From Fistulifera solaris (lineage: Eukaryota): 64,000 nt of DNA. The notes beneath the pieces are model-generated. The model saw only the letters and a program-made list of their open reading frames with translations. It was not told the origin of the DNA and did no database searches. Shown here one piece after another: positions 1 through 13,398 of this stretch; within the stretch, counting starts at the first letter, position 1, and each line of letters begins with the position of its first letter. A program made the position numbers and the translations under genes. Where the stretch lies: assembly GCA_030295235.1 (NCBI GenBank), contig AP026134.1, positions 930,001 through 994,000 of the forward strand. Direction: 5' to 3'.

Positions 1-561
1 CATGTGAGGCGGATACGGGTACATCATTCCATACGGCGGATAACCGTAGGGATGCGGTGGATAAGGAGGATACTGACCCGGTGGCGGCATAGAAGGAGGA
101 GGAGGAGGACCTACTTCGGGTGGCGGAGGAGCATTTCTTCTTGCGAGATCTGCCGCATCGGGCTTTTCCGTCGTATCCGGAGGCCCCGCTCCGCCAGAAG
201 TAGTATTTGATTCTCCGATGCGTACCCATTCGTTGTCTCCGTCTTGATATTCGAGCAAGTGTTCTCCTGTACTAGCATCAAACTGACGCACAGTGCCAGT
301 ATACCAACTCGAATCAATCGGCCAGAAGACGCGCACTTTCTTTCCAATCATGCAATTGTTGCAGAATCTAAGAGGATAGAATGTAAGATTATTTAATTGA
401 TCGAAGGAGCATTCAAAGATGATTACAGCGATGTATCAAACGCACCTTAACTTGGTTGCCGTTGGCTTGCCGAGACCGTCAGGGTCATCACAAGCGAGCA
501 GCGGTACTCCGGTTGCTCGACATTGCGCGCAACTTCCATCGTTATCTTCTATAGAGGGCAT
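1..561 (-). CDS. 5' part of a protein with a putative Cys-rich zinc finger, a Tudor-like domain and a Pro/Tyr-rich region; runs off the window start
   Basis: Manual translation: ATG at 561 (MPSIEDNDGSCAQC...), GT-AG intron 445-368, then FCNNCMIGKKVRVFWPIDSSWYTGTVRQFDASTGEHLLEYQDGDNEWV (Tudor/Agenet-like) and PPPPPSMPPPGQYPPY. The frame is open to position 1. Confidence 0.7.
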
Positions 562-1034
562 TTGCTTTGTGTCGTTATGAGACGAAGATGTGGTCGGAAG
601 CGGGTTGAGAAAGAGTAATCGGCAATCGATCAAAGTATTTCAAATCAAACACACGAAAACGGACCGTTCAAATGGACGATGCTTTCCGTTGCAACAGCCA
701 GCACATGCGGAGCCAACAAACCAACGGACCCAACGTCGCAACGCGGACGAAGTTGAGCGGTACTTGCTGTACGTCTTTCTGTACAACGAAGGACTGACGA
801 GGTGCGCAACTCGGATTGTACACTATATGTAATATATTTCGCCTGCGACGTTCAACGTCTACTCAACCAACAACGTTAACTTTAGCCTTAATGTGTTTTG
901 AAATTCCATTTCTCAAAAACGATGACGCGATGATCCTTCAATTATTTAAAAATAAATGCGACGAGAACGACACAGGTTGATGTGATCATCAAATACGTAG
1001 CAATCACCTACAATACGGAGGACAATAAAAAACA

Positions 1035-1868
1035 ATGGTCTGTGGTCGTAATTTTGTTCAGAAGCGGGCGGTTTTACTCTTTTTTCCACCGGTAATTCTT
1101 CATTGTCAGGCCTGGACCGCCGCCCATTCTCACCGCTCGTCTTCTTCATCTCACAAGAAGGAAGAATTGAAAAAAATATCCAACAAAATCACCATACTAG
1201 GATTCGGGTCGCTGTTATCAGAAAACAGTTCACGATTGACATTCCCCGACTTGCACAACTTTCGGCTCGTACGTGTGCCTCATTACCGTCGTGTTTTCGG
1301 ACACGTCGCGTCCATTTTCTTTCAAAGGAATATTGCTCGAAAAGAAACTCTGGAAATGGCCAGTCTTTCGGTCGAATATGTCGATCACGATTATCCCGGC
1401 TTTTTGGCCGCTGCTTTTGAAGTAGCGGCAGATGAACTCATGGCGGACGGGATTCCTTCACAAGCCTTTTTAGAACGAGAAGAAGAGTTTGATATTATTA
1501 CCGTGCCGTATTTCCCTGTTGATCCTGTTTCACAACAAGAAATTGCGGGAACATCCCAGGAAGGAGTTATTTGTCAGCGAGGGTCTGACGAACTTTATTT
1601 ACAACGATGGGGTGGACAACGATTTCAGGAATACTATGGACAATATGGTATTCAGACTATTTGGAACTGGACAGAAGGATTGCGACCATGCGCAGTCTAT
1701 TTGCGCCATTGCTATTTGGCGGCGGAGAAATTGGGTTGCTTGGACTCTTTCTTGGATGAAACATATCTAGTGGACCGAACAACGAAGTTACGCGATTACA
1801 TGGAAGAGAATCCACAAATATTAGAGGAACTCCCTCCGCCCGAACTTGCTAGTCGTTATAGCGGATAA
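1035..1868 (+). CDS. Gamma-glutamylcyclotransferase (GGCT/AIG2)-like protein, possibly plastid-targeted
   Basis: 277-aa ORF with ITILGFGSLLS motif typical of the GGCT fold. Hydrophobic N-terminus followed by QAW resembles a diatom bipartite signal. Confidence 0.6.
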   Translation: MVCGRNFVQKRAVLLFFPPVILHCQAWTAAHSHRSSSSSHKKEELKKISNKITILGFGSLLSENSSRLTFPDLHNFRLVRVPHYRRVFGHVASIFFQRNIARKETLEMASLSVEYVDHDYPGFLAAAFEVAADELMADGIPSQAFLEREEEFDIITVPYFPVDPVSQQEIAGTSQEGVICQRGSDELYLQRWGGQRFQEYYGQYGIQTIWNWTEGLRPCAVYLRHCYLAAEKLGCLDSFLDETYLVDRTTKLRDYMEENPQILEELPPPELASRYSG

Positions 1869-2002
1869 AAATCACGTTTGCTATCATTTGAAATAGAATA
1901 GAAGTTGCATCAAATGGACGTGCTTCAATCATACGCAGTGTGTAGTTATTTCTGTTATTTAAGTACGGCATTGCGAAGCAATTTGTGCTAGATCATCATT
2001 CA

Positions 2003-2528
2003 TCATGCGACAGCATGGGCGACGGAAGAAAACAGATAAAATAAAACAATATACCCAGGAATGGTGCTAAATAAAACAAAGAACCCTTTCATCGGAAAGA
2101 CAAAAGGATAAATGGCCCTGGATGCGGAATAGATACACGCAATCGTGAATGACTGCGATGCATCAACGAATACGGCATGCATCCAATACAATGGCAAAAA
2201 CATTACGGCGAATTCCATGAAATTTCCGACGGCTCGATCACCAGTCAAGGCAAGCTGATGGAATGAAAATAGAAGATGAGGAAAGAAATGGAATAAATCC
2301 TTGAACACGAGCGAGTGTACGACGCACCGTATCATCAGAGTTGTAGTACTTCACTTTTCGAAATGATAATTTCTTGTCTTTCATTTCCCCTCGTTTTTGG
2401 CGAGCCAAATAGAACTTGCTGAAAGATTGAAAGGTCAAGAAAGTTCCGTAGACACTCAGATAGAGCATTGTGCCTTGAACGGTACCTCGAAACGCATGAA
2501 AGGAATATGATGCTTCTCCGTCGCTCAT
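2003..2528 (-). CDS. MAPEG-family membrane protein (2 exons)
   Basis: Two ORFs joined by a GT-AG intron 2327-2255. DRAVGNFMEF and SRAIYP match MAPEG R-x3-N-x2-E and R-x2-Y patterns; about 4 hydrophobic helices. Confidence 0.7.
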
Positions 2529-3127
2529 GATTTTGCAGGTAAAACTATTCGGTTACTAAAGTGAGAACCGAATAAATTACTCATGAGTAAGGTACGGTAC
2601 CAGTAATGAGTGATGTGTGACGAGTGAAGTGATGTGAAGTGATGACAACCATGGAGCATAGAGCAAGAATACTTTGTAAGGAGAAAATAGCGTAGACGGA
2701 TAGGGTTAAAGTCTACGGTTTTCACCTTCAGCGGTCATTTTCAAAAGGCCTATTCAAACCTGTATGGTTTTGATATTCGCGATGACCTGGTAAGGCCTTT
2801 GGACTTCGGAGATTCGGACGCCCTGCTTTGTGTGTAAGTGTACGTAGTATGATGATGTAACATGTAACATGAAACCCATTTCCACGAGAGACACTAAAGA
2901 TTTCCCTAAATACTTCTTCTACTCTTCTTAATACTCGTTTCACGAAAGAAGCTGTTCTTGATATCAGCTATCAAGTACACAAACGAGTCATTGGTCATTG
3001 CTTATTTCCTTCATGAACAAGAAAGTACCGTCTGTTCGTAAATTCACTCTTCTTCATTTTGCACACGTCACATGCCTGCGAACGGAATCAACCCTTCACA
3101 AAAAATAAAACGAAAAAAATTAGCAAC

Positions 3128-5236
3128 ATGAGTGCAATGAAGAAGCTTTTGCTTTGGTTATTTGGATCTAAAGCGGCACCTCCCTCTTCTCGATGTTCAC
3201 AATTTCAATTAGATTCTGCTACCCTTCGCATCGATGCCGCAGCATACTGTAAATGCTACGGCGTCTATGTCGAGCCTTCAAGTGAAGGAGGTCAAAATGT
3301 TGCATCTCTGGACAATGGAGACTGGTTGAGCTGGGATCTGAACGTGAAACAAGCTGACACATATTAAATCAAATACCGTGTGTCGTCACTCGATGGCCAC
3401 GGAGCTTTCGATTTGTCAACATCGCTGGGAATGCTCGCTGTCAAAGAACATTTACCTCACACAGATGGATGGCAAAAGTGGGCCACAGTCATACAAGAAG
3501 TGAAACTACCCGCAGGAAAATGCTCATTGACGATGAAAGTAACGCAAGGAGGTTGGAATTTAAAATGGCTTGAACTCTCACGAAAAGTTAATGATGTAAG
3601 CACCATTGCAGCTCCCAGTGGCTTCGTTCGAGCCGATGATAAACAAATTGTTGATCCAGATGGAGTGCCTCTGTTGTTGAGAGGAATAGGGCTGGGTGGC
3701 TTCATGCTTCAAGAGCCCTATTTGATGATGCAGCAAAGATCAGCACGCTCTCAATGGGAAATGTTTGAACAGATTGCTGGACTCATTGGAAAAGACAATT
3801 TCAATACATATCGACAAGCCTGGCTCGACAACTACTTCACGCTCGAGGATGTTAAGCAAGCCAAGAAAGCGGGGTTTAATTCGATAAGAATACCGCTTCA
3901 TTACAATCTGTTCACCCTGCCTATTGAAGAGGAGCCCATTGCCGGTGTGGATACCTGGCTCGAAAGCGGCTTTGCTAGACTCGATCAGCTAATATCATGG
4001 ATCGCATCGGAAGGAATGTATAGCATCATCGATTTACACGCGGCACCCGGCGGACAAGGATTAGATTCGAACATCAGTGACTACGACAGCTCCAAGCCAA
4101 GTTTATGGGAAAGTGACGAGAACGTCCGAAAAACAATTGCTTTGTGGAAACGGCTCGCAGCGCGTTATGCCAAAGAACCTTCCATCGCCGGATATGATTT
4201 GCTGAACGAACCGAACTGGGGATTCTCGGACGAACCTGATGTCACTGACACTTCATTGGTAGCGCATGGGTGTTTCGAACAAACCAATCTCCCGCTCAAA
4301 GACTTTTACAAAGACGTGATTGCCGCAATTCGCGAGGTTGACAATAATCACTTGATCTATGTGCAAGGAAATTGTTGGGGTAACAATCACAAAGGCATTT
4401 GGCCACTAGATGACGATAACATCGCTCTAAACTTTCATCGGTACTGGGTAGAGAATACGATCGAATCGCTTGAAGAATATTTAGACCTCCGCTCCCTGCA
4501 CAACATACCATTGTGGATGGGAGAATCTGGGGAGCACCACAATAACTGGTGTCACGCAGCAGTTGACTTGCTGGAAATATATGGGATAGGATGGTCGTGG
4601 TGGAGCTGGAAGAAGATGCAATCCAATTCGGGTGTCTTAGCGATATATCCTCCAGCTGACTATCAGACGCTGTTGGATTATTGGGACAATAGTGCGCCGA
4701 AGCCAAATCCCACGTACGCATTCAACATCATGATGCAAATCGCCGAGGCTGCCAAAATCAAGAATGTCTTTCCCAACCACGCCACAATTAAAGCTTTAAC
4801 AGGCATAGTTCCCTCCTGTAAGGATGCGGCTGCTGTTAACATTGACACGAGAGTACGCCTCGAATCGGAAAATGCGTGCAGTATGTTGAATGCGGCGAAC
4901 GAAAAGACTGATGATGTCGGAGGCGGCTTAAACATCTGGTGGGAGAAATCCGAGGGGTGGATTTCTCACAAAATCAAAATTGCCAAGGCTGGAACCTACC
5001 AAGCGCGATATCGCGTGGCCAGTTTGGGAGGAGGAGGCCCCTTTCAAATAGAGCTCAATCAAGTCGGCGGAAGCCCAGCAGGACAACCACAATATCCCCC
5101 GGTCACGGATAGTTGGCAGAAATTCAGTACCATTGAAGAGACCTTGCAGCTACCCCAAGGCGAATACGAGCTTGTAATCCGTGCTTTAGCCGGCGGGTGG
5201 AATTTAAATTGGATCGAGCTAGCACCAGTCATTTAG
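3128..5236 (+). CDS. CBM6-GH5-CBM6 glycoside hydrolase (bacterial-type, intronless) with an in-frame TAA at 3365-3367
   Basis: GH5 motifs GFNSIRIP, DLHAAPG, YDLLNEP (acid/base) and WMGESGE (nucleophile). CBM6 motifs GDWLSW, TDGWQKW, GGWNLNW. ORFs 3059-3367 and 3380-5236 are in the same frame. Confidence 0.85.
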
Positions 5237-6071
5237 AAGCTTGCACTCGTTGCGTGGCGTCCATTGTTTCATAATCAAACGAAGACTCATAACGGCTCAT
5301 GCCATAATTCATAAGACAAACAGTCATTTCCCTATCTTTCCTTCCCTTTCGTGTACAACAATATGAATATATTTGACGTCGCGCATAAATAAACCTCCAT
5401 CATGCCACGAACGAAATCAAATAGCTCTGATGGGCATCGAAGCGATCAACGAGTCGTCGTCCTCTCGCGTCATTTGTAGGCCGCCCTTCGTTTGCGATGA
5501 TTAAATGATATAGAGGAAGAATCGGTCGAGTGACAAAGAAATAACAAGAAATAATGAAATACACATTGTTACCTGGTATTGCTGCTCGTCACGTCGTGTG
5601 TTATTGCTGACATTCCATTGTTGATGCGATTGATGAATACTTTGTAAGGTTTAATGATGAGCCCGCGGACGCGCTAAATGCTAGATACGACCGTTAACGG
5701 GACTGAAATAGTTGAGTCAGAAGTCTGTACTATGTAGTGATGTCAACATCATGAGTGATTCAGTCCCGGATCATGGGAAAGAACCGCCAAAAAAGACACG
5801 CGCATCGCATCGAGCGACCATGATGACGACATCAAATGCTCTGCGTGTCGAAAAGCGACGAGAAACGATTAAAAAAAATTGATTCTTCGCTCCAACATTC
5901 AGTCATCCATTCCAAGAATCTATTTGCGAGAAACCCTTCTTAATAATACCAACTAATTTCTTAAATCTACGAAAGGAGAAGGTCAAGCAATTGAGACTAC
6001 TGTAGTTTCGATAGAAACAAAACGATAAAAGATAAGATTAGGCCACTTCAGTTCTTTCGAACAAATACATC

Positions 6072-8337
6072 ATGGTCGGTCTACCGATTGACGATTCTTC
6101 GTCAAATAATCTCGCGGAAAAAGACAGCCATGAGAAGAGTATCGATCACATACTCACCGGGGGGAAACTAGGCAAGGCAACTATCGAACGTGAACTTCGA
6201 CGACGCGTCGACAAATTACAGCAAGAACTGCAGACGGCGCAGGAGGATTTATTGCGTTTCCAAAATGCCATACAAGAGACTGATAATGGCACTGCTGAAA
6301 TAGCAACTCCTCCCGTAGTCGCAATGAGTTATTCGTCCGACTCGAATGATAATGCTCCTGAAATCTTTTCTACCGCCATCGAAACGTGGATATCTATTTC
6401 GATGGGTCGATCGGAGTATAGGATGGTCGGGAAGCAAATGGGCTCTTCGTTTTGTTACGCTCGAAAATGGCAATCTAGCCTATTACGGCAGTCACACCGA
6501 AACCGCTCCGCGGTATGTTTTGAGTTTACGAGGTTGCGCCGTACGCGATGAAGGACACAAACCCAACAAACGATACAAACCGACGGAAGGTGAAGATACT
6601 CCTCCACGACTGGATAAACCAGGAGCCTATTTCTTTCTTTTCTCGATCTATTTACGAGACGATGCTTCTCCGACTCATCAAGACCCAACGGAGGATTTAA
6701 CGGAAATCACACCACTCCTGCGATTTTCAACCGACTCGTACGCCGAAAAGAAACAGTGGGTGCAGCTCATCTCGGAAACATGTGCCTACTGCGAATCGGA
6801 TGCCTTTCTGGCGGAAATGGAGCGAAGACAAGAAGAGAAACAGACCATGACTCTGGCCATGCCCGAAGCAAAAGTAGGAACATTGCCTCCACTATATTTC
6901 GCACCGGTTCAGCAAAAGCAAGCGCGACATCCCTCTTTCACAAAAAGACCCACTGCGGCTATGTTTCGAACCAAGTCTCAAAACCTGGACCCATCACAAG
7001 TTGAATCAAAGGGTTATCCTCCTTCAAAGCCCATGCATCGCTGCGCGGCGCCTTCGTACCTTTCCGTGGAAGGACCAACACAAAATTATCGTGGATTCTT
7101 CAATCTGGGAGTTATTGTTTTGATCGTATCGAATATTCGATTGGTCCTTTCCAGCTTCAAGAAACATGGCTTTGTACTCTTACGGCATTTATCGGAGATT
7201 CCTCGTCTAGGAGATCACCCGTGGCAGAATTTTCCATTTGTCTCGGGATTCTTGTTACTATTCGTGTTTGTGATGATAACTTACCTCCTAGAGCTAGGCT
7301 TGAGTCGAAGGAAGATCCCTCAGCGGCTCGGTATGCTTTTGCATTATACAAATGCTCACGCTTGCATGGGAGTCTCTGTATGGATTGTTTGGTATCTGGT
7401 GGACGCGCCTGCCGTTGGGGCGGTATTGCTCCTTTTCGCAACGAGTACGTGGATGAAGCTACTTTCGTACGTGCATACCAATGAAGACTACCGGTCGAAT
7501 CACATGAAACAACAAGCAACATTCTCAACGATGATCGAAGACTTGGATCCGCAAGAAGCTCGCGTGCGTTATCCTCAAAATGTTACAATTTCAAACATCT
7601 TCTACTTTTGGGCGGCTCCGACACTGACTTACCAAATTGCATTTCCGCGATCCCCCACCGTGAGACTGTGGAAGGTAGCAGTGATTCTGATTCGAATGGT
7701 CCCTATTCTGGCGCTTTTTACTTTCTTTGTGTCGCAATTCGTAACTCCGACATTGGAGGGTCTGGTTGCAGATCTTGAGGCGAACTCTGGGCAGTACAGT
7801 TTTACAATGCTTGCGGAATACTGGTTACGCCTGAGCATTGCCAATACCTATCTGTGGCTACTCATGTTTTACTTCTATTTCCATTTGTTTTTGAACCTCT
7901 TTGCGGAACTGCTGAGGTTTGGGGATCGGGTATTTTACAAGGATTGGTGGAATTCGTCAGAAGTCTCTGCGTATTGGCGGCTCTGGAACATGCCAGTGCA
8001 CTTTTGGTTGGTTCGTCACTTGTATTTCCCTTGCGTTCGCATGGGAATGTCCAAGACCTTGACGACGTTCATTGTGTTTTTCGTGTCTGCTGTCCTTCAT
8101 GAGGTATTAGTGAGCGTCCCATTTCACATGGTTCGACCGTGGTCGTTTTTGGGTATGATGATGCAAATCCCTTTGGTTGGAATGACCAAAGTGCTCAGCC
8201 GCCATTATCCGACATTGGGGAATGTGATCTTTTGGGTATCATTTTGTATAGTGGGGCAACCAATGGCCGTCCTTTTGTATACCGTCGACTACCAATACGC
8301 AAAGCACAATATCGCAGCACAAGAATGCGTCGTTTAG
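6072..8337 (+). CDS. DGAT1: Diacylglycerol O-acyltransferase 1 with N-terminal PH domain
   Basis: MBOAT motifs APTLTYQ, LRFGDRVFYKDWWN, WNMPVH, SAVLHE. PH domain (KRGYLFRW...EKKQWV). The N-terminal ORF from 6072 joins via an apparent frameshift near 6360. Confidence 0.92.
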
Positions 8338-8638
8338 TAAAGAGAACTAGATTGTTTGGTATTCACTGAAAACATTCTCAATATTTTATGGCCGTGTACC
8401 TGGTCTTCGTATTTGATGCTGCTTATGCGCGGTAAGGTTTACCGGTATTTGTAGGAAAAAGCATTCGAGAACTTGTAGCATTTTGTACTCGTGATTCACA
8501 GTCTTTGTCAGTCATGTGTCCGGTCATCGTCATTCTGTCGATGAGTTCAATTATTAGCCATGCGGTCGAATTTTCATCACATGATAGTCCCATTCTTCTT
8601 CTTATAAATTACCTTTCATCAATAAACCGCATGATTGA

Positions 8639-10023
8639 TTGCTCTCAATGTCTATTCAACTAAGTTGCGGGAAGATAAATGCAGGGGGCGTAGCCGTTCT
8701 TTTGACTGTGCTTGTAATATCCGCGTTTTTCTCAATAATTCTGTTCTTGGAAGCCGATGGAGGTGAGGTGCGACCACCCGGAATGGAAACCAAGCCTTAC
8801 AAATCTCCAGCCTCTGTTGTAACGAAAAATATCGATCTTGTTCGAGAGTTTGTGCTGCCTTCTGCGTCGGATCCGACCACGGTGGTGATACCGTTCCAGA
8901 ATTCCACAGGGCTGACGAAAATGGCGCACCTGTTCTTCAATGGAGGCACATGCAATGCTCTACACGAAGGCGAAAGCATCGAATCGTACAACAATCATTC
9001 AACACTCGTGGAAATGAAATTCAATTGTCTTGACCTGTTCAAGAACAGTGGTCTGGGAACTGGGAATTTCATCTCTGCTTTCTATGCCATGCGAATGGTC
9101 GTTCACGCCATGGGGCCCAAGGGCGATGTACTCATTGAGTGTAACGATGCAGAAGAAACGAAGAAAGAACTTATTTTACCCTGGATGATGGGAAAATTTC
9201 CTAGATTGCGACAAGGTGATCCGGAATGGGATGAGCAGCCATCTGCGGCCGATGCATGCCGAGATTACAAACAGGTTCCAGTGGGATACCGGTGGAAGGA
9301 TATGGTGTTCGAAATGCGTCGAATGGCCATCGCTATGGTCGGTATACCATCACCGGATCATCCTAGTGCAGCCTGGGCTGAAGAGCACCTGTGGTCCACT
9401 CCGTCAAATAGATACGAGCACGGCCGCGACTACTTTCAATTACCTCATCCACAAAAGGGCGATCCGCCACTGTTTCCTGACACCGAAATCGATGATGCCG
9501 TATTGCATTTCCGCTGCGGCGACATTATTATGACGAATCATCCTTCGTTTGGCTTTATGAAGTTCGGGTCTTTTCAAGGCACATTTCTCCTGATGTACGG
9601 CGAATCGGTATTGTCACACAACCTTTCGATCAGGGTGGATTGCAACGAAGGGGTGATGCCGGCGATGAGAAGCAAAGAAGGTGCAAGAAAGTCGTCTACG
9701 AGTTCAAAGATCATTTGCATGAAAAGTTCCCTGCAGCTGAAATCAACATCTGGAACAGTGTGAATGAGTCGATAGCGCAAACATTTGCACGAATGATCAT
9801 GGCGAATCAGACTGTTGTGGCCATTTCGTCTTTTGGTGTCTTTCCTGGCGTTACCACATTCGGGACAGGCTACATAAGAGAGCCCGACTTTATGAAAGCA
9901 CCCAATCGCTGGCTGCTCACGTCTCCCATTGTCAAGAAGGCTGGCAATATTGTATTGGTAAAGAACCGATGATATTTTCTGGGCAAGCTAAGAAAATGTG
10001 GGATGAAAATACCCTTCTAGACT
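8639..10023 (+). CDS. Type II membrane protein, putative glycosyltransferase (GT11/alpha-1,2-fucosyltransferase-like)
   Basis: N-terminal TM helix; GLGTGNFI, AVLHFRCGD and ISSFGVF resemble GT11-type motifs. Apparent frameshifts near 9575 and 9965; end approximate. Confidence 0.5.
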
Positions 10024-10576
10024 GGTTCAAGAACTATGACTAATGCTTACGGTCTACACCTCTAGCTCCGCGAGAATCAATCGAGGTTTTTAGACAGAAA
10101 AGATGCAGCAAAGATAAGGCAATCACCTCCTAACATTGCCCACCTTTCTCCACGACTGCACTTCAGTTTTTCCGAGATCGACTACCATTTGACCGTTGTT
10201 CGTTTTGCTACCTTGGTACGCTCTATCAATTATTATATCGATATCATTACGGTCAACAGTCTACAGTATTTTTACTTGAATAGCACATTCTTCAATGTCA
10301 AACCCCCTTGCGGCCAAAATGAAGGCGACCTTTTTATCACGACTGCAATTCAGTCATGAATGAGTTTTATGAGCTTGCTGGTTGCTGTTTGACTTATGTT
10401 TGTTCTACTAGAGCTTAGTGCCAGGTAAAGCTACCTTTTTTAATGCGATGAACATTTATTATTTCATCAGCAGAATTTCAATACACGGCTTGATAGTTTC
10501 CTGCTAGAATTGGAATGTCGCAACGGTAGATTTTCTCCGTTGCTCAAAAGCGAGCGATACCGATGTTTTACCATAC

Positions 10577-11028
10577 TGTCACGGAAATGCGGATAGCGGG
10601 CAGACTACTAGGGACTCAGCCAATATGGCCGCACGACCTAATGCGAATTCCGATCCCCAAATCGGAAGCATCCGGAATGTAACCTCTTGGGCGAGGCCCA
10701 AGGGTCTTTGCACGATTTGGGTTGATCGTGAAGGCGTGAAAGGTTTGCAAGCAACGCGATACAAGAATGTTAGAGCCACATACGTGAGCTCAGAATTTCA
10801 AGATAAAACAAGACCTAGTCCGATGGCAGTGACATTCTCGGCGGAACCATCACCCAGTGAGATTCCACCTTGTGCATTTGTCGGATTTGTAAAGGCTTCA
10901 TAATATTGTTGTTTGGAAAACTTTGACTGTTTATCGTCTTAGCTCTACCAGATACTTCCTCTTCTGTTGTTGCGAAACGTAGCGACTTGGTTGACAGAAT
11001 TTCTGTTTCTGTCCGTCGATACGTGAGA
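10577..11028 (+). repeat. 5' LTR
   Basis: TGTCACG...CGTGAGA; matches 17228-17679 apart from two single-base indels (by eye). Confidence 0.95.
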
Positions 11029-11127
11029 GGTTACGAGCCCAGATTCACACTATCTGGTACAGTCTTTGCAGTTGTTTGATACACGTGCCCTACTTACTCC
11101 TCTTTTGTCGTCTTTCGTTATTCGCGA

Positions 11128-12621
11128 TATGTCTTCCGATAGCGAAACTGATGACAGGAAACCTCCTCCGGTGACCGCCGGTACTCGCCTCGCAGTTTCA
11201 CCAAGCGCAAAAGTCGAAAAGGATGTTCAGGCCACTTTTTCCGAGCCCGTTCTCGCCAAAGTTCGGCCTTGTTCAAGGTTCTATCCCAGCTATTGGTGGT
11301 CCTCCGGATGCAAACTTTACTCGCGAGTGTTAACCTTGTGCCTGCGACGCCCTACTGCTTCCGAGATCCGAATCCTTATCGCTGAGAAAAGTTTTAAGGA
11401 TCGCATCGCCGGTCTCGACCCCAAGTTCAGTCCTACTGCGAATGACTACCGCCTTGTTGAGCTCGCGGATGAAGCGTTCAACCATTGTATTACGCATGGT
11501 CTCGATACACGGCCGTTCTACATGAATGATCCTGCTGATCTCAGTCGTGTCATCGATCTCTTCGTGTACCATGGCAAGTTCACTTTCGGCGAAGTCGCGA
11601 AGCATCTCGAAGACATGATCAAGTCCGGTGTCTTTGATCAGTACATGATCAACTCGCTAAGCGATTCGGCTGCTTTTCTGCTCAACTCGTTGGAGCGCTC
11701 CTTCCAGCGCACGATTCGTACTTCCTTGAGTTCCGGCCATGCGGCGCTTTGGCCCTTTGGTTTGGATGAAAATCACCGAAGAAGTTCTTCCCAACGCATT
11801 TCGGCCGTGTCTCAGAGCTCGGAGAGGAGTTCACGGCTTACGTTGGTTGAAACTCCCGGTGAGAATGTTGCTGCTTGGGCGAATGCGCGCAGATGGAGAC
11901 TTTGCAGGAGTTGGAAGCTAATGACCAGCTCCCTCGCGACCACTTGATTATTTTGCAGCAGCAGCTGTGCAAATGTTCGGTCGGCGTTCGTGTTCACTGG
12001 CACACGAAGTTGGCATCTCTCTCCGACTTTGTGCGTCTCTCTGCCGGAAAGTCGAAGGAAGTTGCTGAAAGGATGAGCGGTTATACAAACTATCGCCGCA
12101 TTCTCCATGAAGCTAAAGATTTCTACAGCACTCTTAAGGATGATTGGGGACCGGCTAAAGGAGTTGCTACTGATGTTAGTGCTAATACTGCGGCTATCAA
12201 GAGTCTCAAAGCCGAGTTCAAGACCCTCAAGTCGAAATTCAGTCGAACGGCACTAAAACTGCCTCCCTCGAAGACCAAAGACAAGAAGGCGAACAAAGAC
12301 AAGGCTGCTCCGAAGGCTAGCGGTGGTGATGGCGAAAAGAAAAGCAGTGGTTCGACCGAAACTCGTTGGACTTCGCATCGCGCCGAAGGACGGCGAGCCC
12401 ACCACCATGACCAAATGCGGCAAGACTTTCTATTATTGCAGCCAAGTGCAAGCGTTGGAACCAGACTCATGGAACCGGCGAGCACAAGAGCAAAGAAGAG
12501 AAGCCCGCTGATGCCAAGCCCGCCGCTCCTGCCGCTAATGTTGCTCAAGCTTGGACGGCACCCTTGCAGTTCTGTTGGGGTTCCGACAGCGATTCGAATA
12601 GGAAATCGGCAGGGAAGGTGA
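11128..12621 (+). CDS. gag: gag-like region, frameshifted in this assembly
   Basis: Fragmented ORFs starting MSSDSETDDRKPPP. C-terminal knuckle reads across frames as APKDGEPTTMTKCGKTFYYC..KCKRWNQTHGTGEH. Confidence 0.65.
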
Positions 12622-13398
12622 ACCTTCGATCGAGGTCCCTTCCTGAGCCTTTTGTCCATATTTATCGGTCGTTTATTGTTGGAGCTTTTGCCGAAGCATT
12701 TTATTCTTTGCTGGTTGATTGTGGAGTGCTTTTCTTGGTGGCGTCATTTCCGTGTTGCTGCGACCATCTCGAAGTGGTTGCGTGCCCAAAGTGCCGCTCA
12801 TCGTCGCTCTCTTGGTCTTGACGCGATTCACGCCTTTGCCCGAGCGTCTCATCTCTCTCCCGTGTCGTTTCATGGTGCTTTCTTCGATCATGACGAGCAT
12901 GTGGCGAGTGACGCTTACGCTCGGCGCCCCCGGTGTTGTTTATGGAGTCAACTTGGTGCCCGCCTGGCATGGCTGCTACCAGTTTCATCCAAGTGATCGC
13001 AGCCGGCGTTTGCGCCGACCTCCTGATCCTTCTTCATCTTCAAACGATTCGTCTTGTCAGCATGGTGAGGATGGTGTTTTTCGTCGCAAGCAAAATCGTT
13101 TTGTCGAAACTGCGAGAGGAGCAAACGTCGTCGAAGACTTCGAAGCGATTCCTCGTTGGGCCTTGGAGCTTCCGGATATGATTGACAGCAATGGCCATTT
13201 GTGTACCGAGTCTTTAGATTTATCGTGTCCGCCGAACGGGCATCCTAAGCCTTGGAACCTACTGGACGACTCTCTTCTGTTTTGCTATCCTACTGGGCAT
13301 TTCTTTCCAGAGGGAGCTGCTAGTGAAAGTGAGACGATGTTGCTTCGAGAGGGAGATAATAGTGTAGACAACTCTAAAGCCTACTTTGCACCGTACGC

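Noticed and set aside
4..347. ORF-track calls 4-210 (+) and 111-347 (-)
   Set aside because: Wrong frames; the credible reading frame is the spliced minus-strand Tudor-domain gene.
10625..10903. 92-aa ORF in the 5' LTR
   Set aside because: It lies within LTR sequence in the frame that pol runs into at the 3' LTR; no independent evidence of a gene.
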